From: Candidatus Multivorans sp.
GTDB taxonomy: Bacteria > Acidobacteriota > Thermoanaerobaculia > Multivoradales > Multivoraceae
Assembly (NCBI GenBank): GCA_965219675.1
Contig: OZ244786.1
Span: 1,741,914-1,805,913, forward strand
Direction: 5' to 3'
DNA length: 64,000 nucleotides
The translations under genes were made by a program, and so were the position numbers. The notes beneath the pieces were generated by a model. It saw only the letters and a program-made list of their open reading frames with translations, was not told the origin of the DNA and did not search any database. The stretch's first letter is position 1, and every line of letters starts with the position of its first letter. Positions 46,303-56,366 of this stretch are shown piece by piece.

Positions 46303-48633
46303 CTACGGAAACGCTGATTCGAGTTCCGGGGCGGTCCAGGGGTCGATGCGGTCGCCGGTGCGTTCGCGGACGCCGGTGACGAGTTCGGGCGAAACCGGAT
46401 CGGCCGCGTTTCCCCAGCTTCGGCGGACGTAGGTGAGCAGAGCGGCGATGGCCGTGTCGGGGAGGCGGGGATCGGCGGCGAAGCCGGGCATGAGGTCGTC
46501 CCAGACTTCGCCGTGGACTTCGATCGGCCCCTCGATTCCCTGGAGGACGAGGGCGACCAGGCGTTCGGGGGAGCCGAGGACCCAGGAGGAGTCCACCAGG
46601 CTTGGGCCGAGACCTTCCAGGCCCTGTCCGTCGTTGCTGTGACAGGAGTTGCACGCGCGGTAGTGACGCCGGCCGCGGTTGAACCGGGCCGCTTCCTCGG
46701 CGGTCATCGCGGGAGCCGGTTCCACGGTCGGGACCTCCGCTGCCTCGGTCGGGCCGGCGCCATCGAGCTTCGCGGCCAGAGCCACCTGGCGGTGGAAGGG
46801 ATCGTCCGGGCGCGCCGCGACCCGTTCGGCCAGGGCGGTCCTGGCCCAGGTCGCTTCGGGGGCCATGCCGCCGAGGGTCAGCAGGGCCTGGGTGCGTACC
46901 TGGGCCGACGAGGAGTCGAGCAGCTCGGCGATGACTGCCTGGCCGGCGGCGCTCCCGGCGAGTTCGTCCTCGCCGGTGCGTAGGCCGTGGACGACCAGCC
47001 AGGGGTCGGCGTCGCGGAGAGCGGCCAGAGTCGTCGTCTCATCCAGTTCGCCGCGGCCGTGAAGGGTCCACAGGGCGTGGATGCGGGCCAGCGGATCGGC
47101 GCCTGAACGGGCAAGTTCGCGCAGTGCACCCCGGCCTGCGTCGTCGAGTTCGTTCTCGACCAGCAGACGCTGGGCGGTGTCCCGGCGCCAGCCGTTCGGG
47201 TGGGACAGGGAGGCGATTCGGTCGGATGCGGTATCGAGCTCTTGCGGGTCGCGGCGGACCGGAGCCGGGTCATCGGCGTCGCCTTCCCAGACGATCCGGT
47301 AGATGCGCCCCATGCCGATCGGGCGGTCGAGCCCGTGCTCGAGGATGTACTCGCGCAGATACGTCGTCACGTAGCGCACGTGCTGGAGGATTCCGCGATA
47401 CATGTCGATCACGTACAGGGCGCCGTCCGGGCCGACCTTCGCATCGACCGGGCGAAAGCGCTCGTCGGTCGAGGCCAGGAAGTCGCGTTCGACCCAGTCC
47501 GGATCGTCGTAGCGACGGTGCTCGGCGATCAGCGTGGGCACGCCGTCCCGTACTGGTCCCGGCGCGAGATCGAAGTGAGCAACGACGTTCCCGGCCGGCT
47601 CCGGCACGAAGACGTCACCGCGGAACGTGCTTGGGAACTGATCGCCCCGGTAAACCGTGAGGCCGCTGACCGAGGTGGTCACGGCAAGCCGGCCGTCCCC
47701 GCGCAGCATGCTGCCGACGTAGCCGCGGTTGATGCCCGGATTCACCCGGATCGAGTAGACCGTCTCGTCATGGACGAGGCGCTCGCTGGCGCCGATGCCC
47801 CCGCCCCGGGTCTGGTGCTCCGGGTCCGCGAGGGCGTAGTCCGCGGGAATCAGGTCGGCGAAGAGATAACGCGAGTTCGTGTTGTAGTAGAGGCGACCGA
47901 CGTCATCCTGGGCGATGCCCCACTGGCCGCGGAACAGGGTCGGGTCGACTTCGACGGAAACGCCATCCACACCGCGCCGCAACCGGAAGCGTCGGTCGGA
48001 CTTCGCGTTGTAGATCCAGTTGTCGAGCGCCCACAGCAGCCCGTTCTCCGTGTGCTCGAGCAGGTCGGGGTCCGGATCGCCGTAGTCGAGCAGCCGCTCC
48101 CGGCTCGCGCAACGGGGCAGGCCGCCGGCTTCCGCTTCACTCCGGCACAGCCACAGGTTCGGCGGTTCGCCGATCAGAACGCCGCCCGAGACGGCGGCGA
48201 TCGCGCGCGGGCTGACCAGGCCGTCCAGGTAAACCGCGCGCCGGTCCATCTCGCCGTCCAAGTCCGTGTCCTCGAGCACGACGACCCGGCCGACCGGCTC
48301 CTGCTCGCCGATGCCGTCCACGTTCGGCATGAAGCCGCGCATCTCGACGACGTAGAGGAGCCCTCGTTCGTCCCAGGCCATCGCCACCGGGTCTTCGACA
48401 AGCGGTTCCGCGGCCACGAGTTCAACGCGGAAACCCGGGGCCACGCGGAAACTCGCCATCGCCTCGGCCGGCGGGAGCGGCGGCGCCGGCGGCACCTCGA
48501 TGCCGCGCCAGACCTGTTCCATGACATGGCCTTCCCGATCGCCTCGCTGAGCTGTCGCCGGGCTTCCGGCTACGGCCAGGGTCAGGCTGGCAAGAAGGGT
48601 GGCGGCGGTTCGGGTTGCGGGTCGCAGGGGCAT
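46303..48633 (-). CDS. PVC-type heme-binding CxxCH protein: a glucose/sorbosone-dehydrogenase-like propeller, HEAT-like repeats and a C-terminal cytochrome c domain.
   Basis: Signal peptide ATLLASLTLAVAGSPATAQ. Heme motif CNSCHSNDGQG near the C-terminus. 776 aa. Confidence 0.8.
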   Translation of the reverse strand: MPLRPATRTAATLLASLTLAVAGSPATAQRGDREGHVMEQVWRGIEVPPAPPLPPAEAMASFRVAPGFRVELVAAEPLVEDPVAMAWDERGLLYVVEMRGFMPNVDGIGEQEPVGRVVVLEDTDLDGEMDRRAVYLDGLVSPRAIAAVSGGVLIGEPPNLWLCRSEAEAGGLPRCASRERLLDYGDPDPDLLEHTENGLLWALDNWIYNAKSDRRFRLRRGVDGVSVEVDPTLFRGQWGIAQDDVGRLYYNTNSRYLFADLIPADYALADPEHQTRGGGIGASERLVHDETVYSIRVNPGINRGYVGSMLRGDGRLAVTTSVSGLTVYRGDQFPSTFRGDVFVPEPAGNVVAHFDLAPGPVRDGVPTLIAEHRRYDDPDWVERDFLASTDERFRPVDAKVGPDGALYVIDMYRGILQHVRYVTTYLREYILEHGLDRPIGMGRIYRIVWEGDADDPAPVRRDPQELDTASDRIASLSHPNGWRRDTAQRLLVENELDDAGRGALRELARSGADPLARIHALWTLHGRGELDETTTLAALRDADPWLVVHGLRTGEDELAGSAAGQAVIAELLDSSSAQVRTQALLTLGGMAPEATWARTALAERVAARPDDPFHRQVALAAKLDGAGPTEAAEVPTVEPAPAMTAEEAARFNRGRRHYRACNSCHSNDGQGLEGLGPSLVDSSWVLGSPERLVALVLQGIEGPIEVHGEVWDDLMPGFAADPRLPDTAIAALLTYVRRSWGNAADPVSPELVTGVRERTGDRIDPWTAPELESAFP

Positions 48634-48792
48634 CCCAGCCGATGCTACTCAAGTGACCGCCGTGGTACCGTGCTGACCCTTTGGTGATCTGGGGACTCCG
48701 GTAACGAATTCTGGCCCGCAGGACAGGTGGGCCTTTCTCGGCGGCGTCGATTCAGATCGCTCCAACAAGGGGTGAAGAACTGATGAGGACGG

Positions 48793-51700
48793 TTGGATCC
48801 GTCGAAGCCGGGTCGGTCGTTCTCGCGGGCCTCCTGTTTCTCTCGGCGGGGGAGCAGCGCCTGTCCGGACAACCGGCCGGCGCCCAGGTCGAGGCGGCCG
48901 CCGCCTCTTCTCTGCTCGCCGCGCTTGAGGGCGAGTGGCGTCGGAACGAGAGGGTCAGCGAGGGATCCCGTCGCGAAAACGGCCGCGCTCTGGCGGAATC
49001 CGGACCGCACGTCGACGGTGCTCACCGGTTTGTCGGTGAGCCTCGCGGAACGGGTGGGCCATCTGGGCCTTGAAGTCGCGGATGACCGGATTCGCCTGCG
49101 GAACGCCCGGTTCGAGGTGCTGGACTTTCCGACCGACGGCTCGACCGTCACGGACCAGTTCGGAAACCGGCATCGCGCGAGGGTCCTTCCCGGGACGCTG
49201 GAGATCGAAACGGCGAGACCCGGCTGGCTGCTGATCGAGACGTTCTACCGGCAGGGGGAAGAACTCCACCGCGTCACCGAAGTCCAGAGCGAGTCGTTTC
49301 CGAACCTGCGGTTTCTCACGGTCTACGCTCGGTACAGCGGAGAACCTCCCCCGGTGAACCCGAAGCACCTGGAGGAGAGCAGGCTCGTTCGTCCGGCGGC
49401 CATCCGCATCGTGCCGCCCCGCGCGGGCCACCAGGAACTGCTTGCGGGCCGCGCCGAGGTGGAGACCCTGATTGTCGACGGGTCGATCCAGAGGGTCGAC
49501 TTCTTTCTCGACGGCCGACGGGTAAGGCAGGTCAGGAAGCTACCCTTCAACGCCCGGATCAGCCTTGCCGATCCCCCGCGAGAACAGACTCTGGAGGTGC
49601 GCGCCTACACCGGTCTCGGCGCCCTTGCCGGCAGTGACCGGATCACCCTGAATCGAGTGGATCTGCCGTTCGGGATTCGTATCCGCGCCGTCACGCCGAG
49701 AGGCGACGACGGCGACGCGGTCGAAGTCGAGACGCGCGTTGCCGTGCCAAGGGGCGCCACCCTGGAACAAGTGGACTTCTACCGGAACGAGGAGCTCGCG
49801 TGGACCGTGGACGACCTGTCGCGGTACGGCGCCGCGGGCGGCTTCAGAACGGTCAGGGGAACTCTCGCGACGCCCGATCTGTCCTCGAATGACTATGTCC
49901 GCGTGACCGCGGCTCTCGCCGACGGACGCGAGCTGGAGGACGCCCAGTTGATCGAAGGCGTCACCTTCAAGGGAGAGATTGACGTTCAGCTCATTCACCT
50001 GCAGGTCCTCGTCGTGGATGCGAACGGTGCGCCGGTCGACGGCCTCTCTCCCGCCGACTTCCGCATCCTTGAGAACGGTCAGCAACGGACGGTCGAAGCG
50101 GTGCAGCAGGCCGGCGAGGTGCCGTTGATCCTGGGTCTGGCGATCGATTCCTCGGCCAGCATGAGGCCGATATGGGGCCAGCTCCGATCCGTCGTCGGGG
50201 CGTTTCTGGAGAGCTCACTAGGCGGCGGGGACCGCGCCTTCCTCGTCGACTTCGACGAGAGCGTTCGCCTGCTTCAGCAGCCGACCGGCAGCATGCGGTC
50301 GCTTCGCACGAGTCTGGATCGCCTGGTCCCCAACGGCGGCACGGCCCTGAATGACGGCATCCTGTTCTCGCTCGTCCTGTACGGGGACCAACCCGGGAGA
50401 CGGGCCCTCGTGGTGGTGACGGACGGGGTCGACATCGACAGCCGCTCCGGACCGGAACTGGCGGCGTCCTTTGCCGTGCGGGTCGGCATTCCGCTCTACT
50501 TCATCGACCTGGGGAGGGATCGGATCGCCCTGACAGCTCCAGGGATCGCGGATGGCGGCGTTGCCGCCGCCCCGCTTATCCGGACGGCCCGATCCGCGGA
50601 CCACGTCCGGCGCATGGAGCAGCAGGCCCAGGAGAGCGGCGGGAGGGTGTTCCGGATCGACCCGGAGCTACCGCAGGCGGACTTCCTGGAACGGACTCAG
50701 CGGGTCTTCCAACGAATCAGGGAGGATCTTGGTCGCCAACAGGTGCTGACCTACTACACTGGCGGACCCGTTGGCGCCGCCATCGAGCCGGATGTCCTGG
50801 TGGTCCGACCGGGGCTTACGGTGAAGAGCGTTCTGCCGCTTGACCGGGTCGACTCGCCCGGGGAGTCGACAGAGCCGCTGCCGGCTGCGGCGCCGGAGGA
50901 CACGCACACGCCGGAGGACGCGCACACGGCGACGGAAACCGCCACGACGACGGCGACGCACGCCACTGCGGCGATGACCACGGCCACGGTGAGGAACACG
51001 GCCACCGCGGTGGAGAGGGCAGGCGAGGGGACGCCCTCGAGCCCTCTGGCGCCGAGAGATACGTCACCGCGGCAGGCGCCGGCCACGGCCGTTTCGGATC
51101 CGTCACCGACGGACGCCGCCGTGATCGTCTCGGTCTCCGGTCTTCCGTCGCAGATGGCGGCTGGCGGCGCGGCGACCGTGACCGTGACGGTGAGGAACAA
51201 CGGGTCCACTACCTGGACGCCTTTCGGCGGGTACAGTCTCGGCTCGCAGAGTCCGCAGGACAACGACACTTGGGGTTTGCGGCGGGCGCCGCTGTCCGGA
51301 ACCGTGGCCCCGAACGAGACGGCTGCTTTCGAGTTCCCGGTCACGGCCCCGGAGGAACCGGACAGTTACGTCTTCGCGTGGCGAATGGTGCGAGACCCCG
51401 GAGGCTGGTTCGGGTCGGGTACGGGGGACGTGCCGGTGATCGTGGAGAATCCGTCATTCGGCGACAGGTCGATCCCGAACCGGATCTGGATGCAACACGA
51501 GGAACTGACGCCGCTCGTGTTTCCCGCGGCGAGCGGCGGTGAGGGCGAGTTGAGCTATGGACTGACGCCCTCCCTGCCGGCTGGCCTGAGCTTCGATCTG
51601 GCGACGCGCACGCTCTGGGGAACGCCTTCGGCGCCGCAGTCGACCACGCGATACACCTACAGCGCGACGGACAGGAACGGCGACACCGCGGCAATCTCCT

Positions 51701-52074
51701 TCTCCATCACGGTGACTGCCGCGGACAGGGACGACGCGGCCGTCATGTCCATCCTGGGCCTTCCGTCGCGGATGGCCGCTGGCCGTCAGGCGACGGTGAC
51801 ATTGACCGTCATGAACACGGGTACGACGACCTGGACGCCATTCGGCGGCTACGCTCTCGGCCCGGAGAGTCCGCAGGACAACGACACCTGGGGTCTGCGG
51901 CGGGGGCCGCTGTCCGGCGCCGTGGCCCCGAACGAGACGACCACCTTCGAGTTCCTGATCACGGCGCCGGAGGAGCCGGGGAGCTACACGTTCTCCTGGC
52001 TAATGCTGCGGGACCCCGGTGGCTCATTCGGCTCGGGCACCGGGCACGTGCCGGTTACGGTGCTGAATCCGTGA
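48793..52074 (+). CDS. Large VWFA-related Acidobacterial-type protein with a central vWA domain, a putative Ig domain and two C-terminal NBR1-like Ig repeats. The 5' end is probably frameshifted.
   Basis: Core ...VQLIHLQVLVVDANGAPVDGLSPADFRILENGQQRTV... and vWA LILGLAIDSSASM...GGTALNDGI...LVVVTDGVD. The N-terminal signal peptide lies in a different frame (48783..49073). Confidence 0.7.
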   Translation: MDPSKPGRSFSRASCFSRRGSSACPDNRPAPRSRRPPPLLCSPRLRASGVGTRGSARDPVAKTAALWRNPDRTSTVLTGLSVSLAERVGHLGLEVADDRIRLRNARFEVLDFPTDGSTVTDQFGNRHRARVLPGTLEIETARPGWLLIETFYRQGEELHRVTEVQSESFPNLRFLTVYARYSGEPPPVNPKHLEESRLVRPAAIRIVPPRAGHQELLAGRAEVETLIVDGSIQRVDFFLDGRRVRQVRKLPFNARISLADPPREQTLEVRAYTGLGALAGSDRITLNRVDLPFGIRIRAVTPRGDDGDAVEVETRVAVPRGATLEQVDFYRNEELAWTVDDLSRYGAAGGFRTVRGTLATPDLSSNDYVRVTAALADGRELEDAQLIEGVTFKGEIDVQLIHLQVLVVDANGAPVDGLSPADFRILENGQQRTVEAVQQAGEVPLILGLAIDSSASMRPIWGQLRSVVGAFLESSLGGGDRAFLVDFDESVRLLQQPTGSMRSLRTSLDRLVPNGGTALNDGILFSLVLYGDQPGRRALVVVTDGVDIDSRSGPELAASFAVRVGIPLYFIDLGRDRIALTAPGIADGGVAAAPLIRTARSADHVRRMEQQAQESGGRVFRIDPELPQADFLERTQRVFQRIREDLGRQQVLTYYTGGPVGAAIEPDVLVVRPGLTVKSVLPLDRVDSPGESTEPLPAAAPEDTHTPEDAHTATETATTTATHATAAMTTATVRNTATAVERAGEGTPSSPLAPRDTSPRQAPATAVSDPSPTDAAVIVSVSGLPSQMAAGGAATVTVTVRNNGSTTWTPFGGYSLGSQSPQDNDTWGLRRAPLSGTVAPNETAAFEFPVTAPEEPDSYVFAWRMVRDPGGWFGSGTGDVPVIVENPSFGDRSIPNRIWMQHEELTPLVFPAASGGEGELSYGLTPSLPAGLSFDLATRTLWGTPSAPQSTTRYTYSATDRNGDTAAISFSITVTAADRDDAAVMSILGLPSRMAAGRQATVTLTVMNTGTTTWTPFGGYALGPESPQDNDTWGLRRGPLSGAVAPNETTTFEFLITAPEEPGSYTFSWLMLRDPGGSFGSGTGHVPVTVLNP
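51115..51453 (+). repeat. Intragenic tandem direct repeat, copy 1 (NBR1-like Ig domain).
   Basis: About 85% nucleotide identity with 51735..52071 by my alignment estimate. The protein repeats are ...TTWTPFGGYSLGSQSPQDNDTWGLRRAPLSGTVAPNETAAFEF... and ...TTWTPFGGYALGPESPQDNDTWGLRRGPLSGAVAPNETTTFEF... Confidence 0.7.
51735..52071 (+). repeat. Intragenic tandem direct repeat, copy 2 (NBR1-like Ig domain).
   Basis: See copy 1. The two copies are separated by a putative Ig domain of about 280 nt. Confidence 0.7.
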
Positions 52075-52078
52075 TGCG

Positions 52079-53575
52079 GTGACGCTATGCTCCCGGTGCG
52101 CTGCCTTCACCTCTGTCGCGCAACACGGGAGACCGAAACTGACACCGGCAGAACGGCCCGATCGCTTGTCCTCCGCCCAGCGGGACGACCTGAGGGTCGG
52201 CCTGCGGATGGCCCATCCCCCGGACCCGCAGGCGCTGGCCGACGAGCGACAGCGCCTCGCGAAGCTCGAGAATGAGCCCCGGACGACTCGCTGGCGAGCT
52301 TTCGCCGGACTGATAGGTCCCGGCTACATGCAGAGCGCGATGACGCTCGGCAGCGGTACGGCGGCTTCCGCCCTGTTCGCCGGGGCCGTGTTCGGCTACC
52401 AGTTGCTGTGGGTGGCGCCGCTCGCCATGCTCCTCGGACTGGTCATGCTCTCCGCGGTCGCCCACCAGACGCTGTCGACGGGAATGCGGCCGTTCGATGC
52501 GATGCGCCGGTTCGCGGGGGCGCCCCTCGCCTGGAGCTGGGCCCTGGGCGCGCTGATCGCGTCGATTGTCTGGCACTTCCCGCAGTACTCGCTGGCGTCC
52601 GCGGTGCTGGTGGACCTCGGCGAAGCGGCGGGGATCGAGGGGTTGCCGGCGGCGGGGCTGGGCTTCGTCGTTCTCGTCTGGGCCGTGCTCATTTCGTCGC
52701 TCTACGGTCGCCGGCCTGAGTTGATTCGGGTCTACGAGCGGCTCCTGCGCTACATGGTGTGGGGGATCGTCGTCTGTTTCGCCTGGGTCGTGATTCGCAC
52801 GGGAGTCTCGGACTGGGGCGGCCTCATTCGTGGATTCGTCGGTTTCGCGGTCCCCGGCGAGCGCAACGGCGTGCTTGGCGTGACGGTGATCCTGAGCGGC
52901 CTGTCGGCCGCGGTCGGGATCAACATGGTGTTCCTCTACCCGTACTCGCTGCTCGCCCGCGGCTGGTCGAGGGAGCACAGGTCCCTGGCCAGGTTCGACC
53001 TGTGGACCGGGACCTTCGTGCCCTACGTCCTGGCCGCGAGCTTGATGCTGATCGCCGCGGCGAACACGATTCACCTCGATCCGGCCTACGACGGCGTGCG
53101 GCTGAGCCCGGTCGAGGCGGCCCAGTCCCTGGCGGCGGTCGCGGGACCCGCGGTGGGACGCGTGGTGTTCGACCTGGGCGTGCTCGGCATGGCGCTGTCG
53201 ACGATCACCCTGCACATGCTGGCGACCGGCTTCGTCGCCTGCGAGCTCTTCGGCTGGCGGTTCGGCGGCCGCAAGCATCGTCTTGCCATGCTGCTGCCAG
53301 CGCCCGGTGTTCTGGGGCCCGTGTTCTGGGGCGATATCGCGGTGTGGCTCGCGGTGCCCACGAACATCGTCTGCGGCCTGTTCCTGCCGGCCGCCTATGT
53401 CGGCTTCGTGATCCTGCAGCGAAAGCGCGGATACCTGAAGGAAGACCGGCCGGACGGGGTCCGCGGGTGGCTGTGGTGGGGCGCGATGGTCGCCGTGACC
53501 GCCTTCCTTACCGGTTTCATGGCCTGGTACGTCTGGATGCAGGGACCGGGCTACTTCGGACGCCTTGCGGGTTGA
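52079..53575 (+). CDS. NRAMP-like divalent metal transporter (divergent).
   Basis: Multi-TM ORF with GPGYMQSAMTLGSGT, a degenerate NRAMP GPGxxxS motif. An alternative start is the ATG at 52208. Confidence 0.65.
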   Translation: MTLCSRCAAFTSVAQHGRPKLTPAERPDRLSSAQRDDLRVGLRMAHPPDPQALADERQRLAKLENEPRTTRWRAFAGLIGPGYMQSAMTLGSGTAASALFAGAVFGYQLLWVAPLAMLLGLVMLSAVAHQTLSTGMRPFDAMRRFAGAPLAWSWALGALIASIVWHFPQYSLASAVLVDLGEAAGIEGLPAAGLGFVVLVWAVLISSLYGRRPELIRVYERLLRYMVWGIVVCFAWVVIRTGVSDWGGLIRGFVGFAVPGERNGVLGVTVILSGLSAAVGINMVFLYPYSLLARGWSREHRSLARFDLWTGTFVPYVLAASLMLIAAANTIHLDPAYDGVRLSPVEAAQSLAAVAGPAVGRVVFDLGVLGMALSTITLHMLATGFVACELFGWRFGGRKHRLAMLLPAPGVLGPVFWGDIAVWLAVPTNIVCGLFLPAAYVGFVILQRKRGYLKEDRPDGVRGWLWWGAMVAVTAFLTGFMAWYVWMQGPGYFGRLAG

Positions 53576-53590
53576 CGAGCCGTTCGGACC

Positions 53591-54325
53591 ATGCTTGAAC
53601 TCCGGTCGGTCGGCATGCGGTTCGGCGCGGTCGAGGCGCTGCTCGGCGTCGATCTGGAAGTCGGCGCCGGCGAGGTCGTGGGACTCATGGGTGACAACGG
53701 CGCCGGCAAATCGACCCTGCTGAAGATCGTGGCCGGGAACTTCGCCCCGACGACGGGCCGGGTGCTGTGGGACGGGGCGGATGTCGAACTCTCGCCGCTG
53801 TCGGCGCGAGGGCGCGGCATCGAGGCGGTGTACCAGGACCTGGCGCTCTGCGACAACCTCTCGGCGGCCGCCAACGTGTTCCTGGGCCGCGAGTTGAGGC
53901 GCCGGCTGTTGGGAATCTTGCCGGTGCTGGATCACGGCGCCATGCGGCGGAGATCGACGGAGCTCTTCGAGGAACTCGGCTCGGACACCCGGGCGGACGA
54001 TCTCGTGCGGCAGATGTCCGGTGGTCAGCGCCAGGCCGTGGCCATCGCACGCGCGCGCTTGAGCTCTCCGCGGCTGATGCTGCTCGACGAACCGACCGCC
54101 GCGATCAGTGTCCGCCAGATCGCCGAGGTCCTCGAGCTGATTCGCGGATTGAAGGAGCAGGGCGTGGGCATCCTGCTCATCTCGCACCGCATGTCGGACG
54201 TGTTCGCGGTCGCGGATCGCGTCGCCGTTCTGCGGCGAGGGCGCAAGGTGGCGGACAAGGCGACAGCGGAGTCGTCGCCCGAGGAGGTGACGGCCCTGAT
54301 CACCGGCGCGCTCGAAGCCGCGTGA
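53591..54325 (+). CDS. Sugar-type ABC transporter ATP-binding protein (single domain).
   Basis: Walker A GDNGAGKST, signature MSGGQRQ and Walker B LMLLDEPTAAI. Confidence 0.9.
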   Translation: MLELRSVGMRFGAVEALLGVDLEVGAGEVVGLMGDNGAGKSTLLKIVAGNFAPTTGRVLWDGADVELSPLSARGRGIEAVYQDLALCDNLSAAANVFLGRELRRRLLGILPVLDHGAMRRRSTELFEELGSDTRADDLVRQMSGGQRQAVAIARARLSSPRLMLLDEPTAAISVRQIAEVLELIRGLKEQGVGILLISHRMSDVFAVADRVAVLRRGRKVADKATAESSPEEVTALITGALEAA

Positions 54326-55266
54326 AGAGCCTCCGGCGCACGCCTCAGTCGTTGTGGGTGATGCTGACCGTCGCCGCCCTGGCCGGCGTGATGAGCCTGG
54401 TCTCGGAGCCGTTCGCGAGCAGCGACAACATCTTCAACGTCAGCCGGAACTTTGCCTTCATCGGTCTGATCGCGCTCGGCCAGACAGCGGTGATCGCGAC
54501 CGGCGGGATCGACCTCTCCGTCGGGTCGGTGATGGGGCTCGCGGGGATCGTGACCGGACTCGTTCTGGGCGGCGGCCAGCCTCTGGTGCTGGCCGCGGCC
54601 GCCGGCCTGGGGTGCGCGCTTCTGTGTGGCCTCGTCAACGGCGTTCTCGTGGGGTATCTCCGGTTATCGCCCTTCGTCGTCACGCTCGGCATGCTGAGCA
54701 TCGCCCGGTCGCTGGCGCTGGTCATCTCGAACAACAGGATGATCCATGACTTCGGGCCGGACGAGGATCTCCTGCTTGCTCTTGGCGGAGGCCGTTTCCT
54801 GGGGTTGGCCAACCCGGTCTGGTTGCTGCTGTTTGCCGCGCTCGGCGCCGCGGCGTGGTTCCGGTACAGCCGGCTGGCCCGGCACGTGCTCGCGGTCGGC
54901 GGCAACGAGGTGTCGGCACGGCTGGCCGGCGTGCCGGTAGCGCGGGTCCGACTCACGGTCTACGTCCTGAGTTCCCTGCTCGCGGGCGCATCGGCGATCC
55001 TGATGATCGGCTGGCTGGGGGCGGTCACAAACGCGCTGGGGCAGGGTTACGAGCTGCGCGTGATCGCCTCGGCCGTGATCGGCGGCGCCAACCTGATGGG
55101 CGGGGAGGGCGGCGCCTTCGGGGCGGTCGCGGGCGCCGCGCTGATCGAGCTGATCCGGAACAGCCTGCTTCTGCTCGGCGTCGACCCGTACTGGCAGGGT
55201 GCTTTCGTCGGCGGCTCGATCGTCGTCGCTATGCTCGTCGAGCGAATGAGACGGGCCGGCCGATGA
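54322..55266 (+). CDS. ABC transporter permease (ribose/monosaccharide type, RbsC-like).
   Basis: GTG at 54322 overlaps the ATPase stop. TM-rich ...SIARSLALVISNNRMI...GGANLMGGEG.... Confidence 0.85.
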   Translation: MKSLRRTPQSLWVMLTVAALAGVMSLVSEPFASSDNIFNVSRNFAFIGLIALGQTAVIATGGIDLSVGSVMGLAGIVTGLVLGGGQPLVLAAAAGLGCALLCGLVNGVLVGYLRLSPFVVTLGMLSIARSLALVISNNRMIHDFGPDEDLLLALGGGRFLGLANPVWLLLFAALGAAAWFRYSRLARHVLAVGGNEVSARLAGVPVARVRLTVYVLSSLLAGASAILMIGWLGAVTNALGQGYELRVIASAVIGGANLMGGEGGAFGAVAGAALIELIRNSLLLLGVDPYWQGAFVGGSIVVAMLVERMRRAGR

Positions 55267-56267
55267 ATCGTGGCGTCGTGGTGGCTCTGGCCCTTGCCCT
55301 GTCGGTGGGAGGCTGTACCCGGGAAGACTCCGGCTACACCTTCGCCCTGGTGCCGAAGGCGATGAACAACCCGTTCTTCGACCTTGCCCGCGACGGCTGC
55401 ATGCAGGCGGCCGCGGACCTCGAGGACGTCGAATGCCTGTACATCGGGCCCAGCGAACACACGGAGGCGGACCAGATCCAGGTGGTCGAGGACCTGATCA
55501 CTCGCCGCGTGGACGGAATAGCGGTGTCTCCGTCGAACGCAACCGCGATGGCGCGCGCGCTCGCACGGGCAAGCGAGGTCGGCATTCCGGTGATCACGTG
55601 GGATTCCGACCTGCTCGCCGGGGACGCCGGCTTGCGCACGACCTACATCGGCACCGAGAACCGCGCCATGGGGGTGGAGCAGGCGAAGCTGCTGCAGAAC
55701 CTGAAACCGGAGGGGGGCACGATCTGCGTTCAGTCGGGCGGCGCCGCGGCGATGAACCACAACGAGCGGATGCAGGGACTGCGTGACACGCTCGCCGGCG
55801 CCGACTCGGGGGAGCCTCCGGGCGAGCGACTCGGAGGCGCGAACGGATGGACGGAAGTGGCGGCATGCCCGCTATACACCAACGACGACTTCCCGTTGGC
55901 TGTGCAGCAGATGGCCGACATCCTGGCCTCGGAGCCGGACCTCGACGTATTCGCGATCACCGGCGGATTCCCGCAGTTCGTCGATCAGGCCTATCGGCAG
56001 GCCGCGGAACCGTACCGGCAGCGGATCGACTCGAAGGACCTCGTGATCATCGGCGCGGACGTCCTGCCGATGCAGCTCGACCTCCTGGCCGAGGGTCTGA
56101 GCCACGGCCAGGTGGGGCAGCGGCCGTACGCCATGGGCTACCAGTCGATCGAGGTGCTCCTCCAGCTGGTTGCCGGCCAGAGCGTTGAGGACCCTATCTA
56201 CACCGGCCTGGACGTGCTGACCAGCGCCGAGGATGTAGAAGCGTTCAGGGCCCGGACCGGCGACTGA
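55263..56267 (+). CDS. Sugar ABC transporter substrate-binding lipoprotein (periplasmic-binding-protein type I).
   Basis: The ATG at 55263 overlaps the permease stop. Lipobox LALSVGGC. ...FALVPKAMNNPFFDLARDG...IPVITWDSD.... Confidence 0.8.
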   Translation: MNRGVVVALALALSVGGCTREDSGYTFALVPKAMNNPFFDLARDGCMQAAADLEDVECLYIGPSEHTEADQIQVVEDLITRRVDGIAVSPSNATAMARALARASEVGIPVITWDSDLLAGDAGLRTTYIGTENRAMGVEQAKLLQNLKPEGGTICVQSGGAAAMNHNERMQGLRDTLAGADSGEPPGERLGGANGWTEVAACPLYTNDDFPLAVQQMADILASEPDLDVFAITGGFPQFVDQAYRQAAEPYRQRIDSKDLVIIGADVLPMQLDLLAEGLSHGQVGQRPYAMGYQSIEVLLQLVAGQSVEDPIYTGLDVLTSAEDVEAFRARTGD

Positions 56268-56366
56268 ACCCGCGCGAGAGGGGAAACGCGGGGAATCGAC
56301 CGATCACGGCCAGCTTCGATCCGCTGCCGACGATCCGCTTTCCCCTGGACTCGTGCGGGGTTCCCT

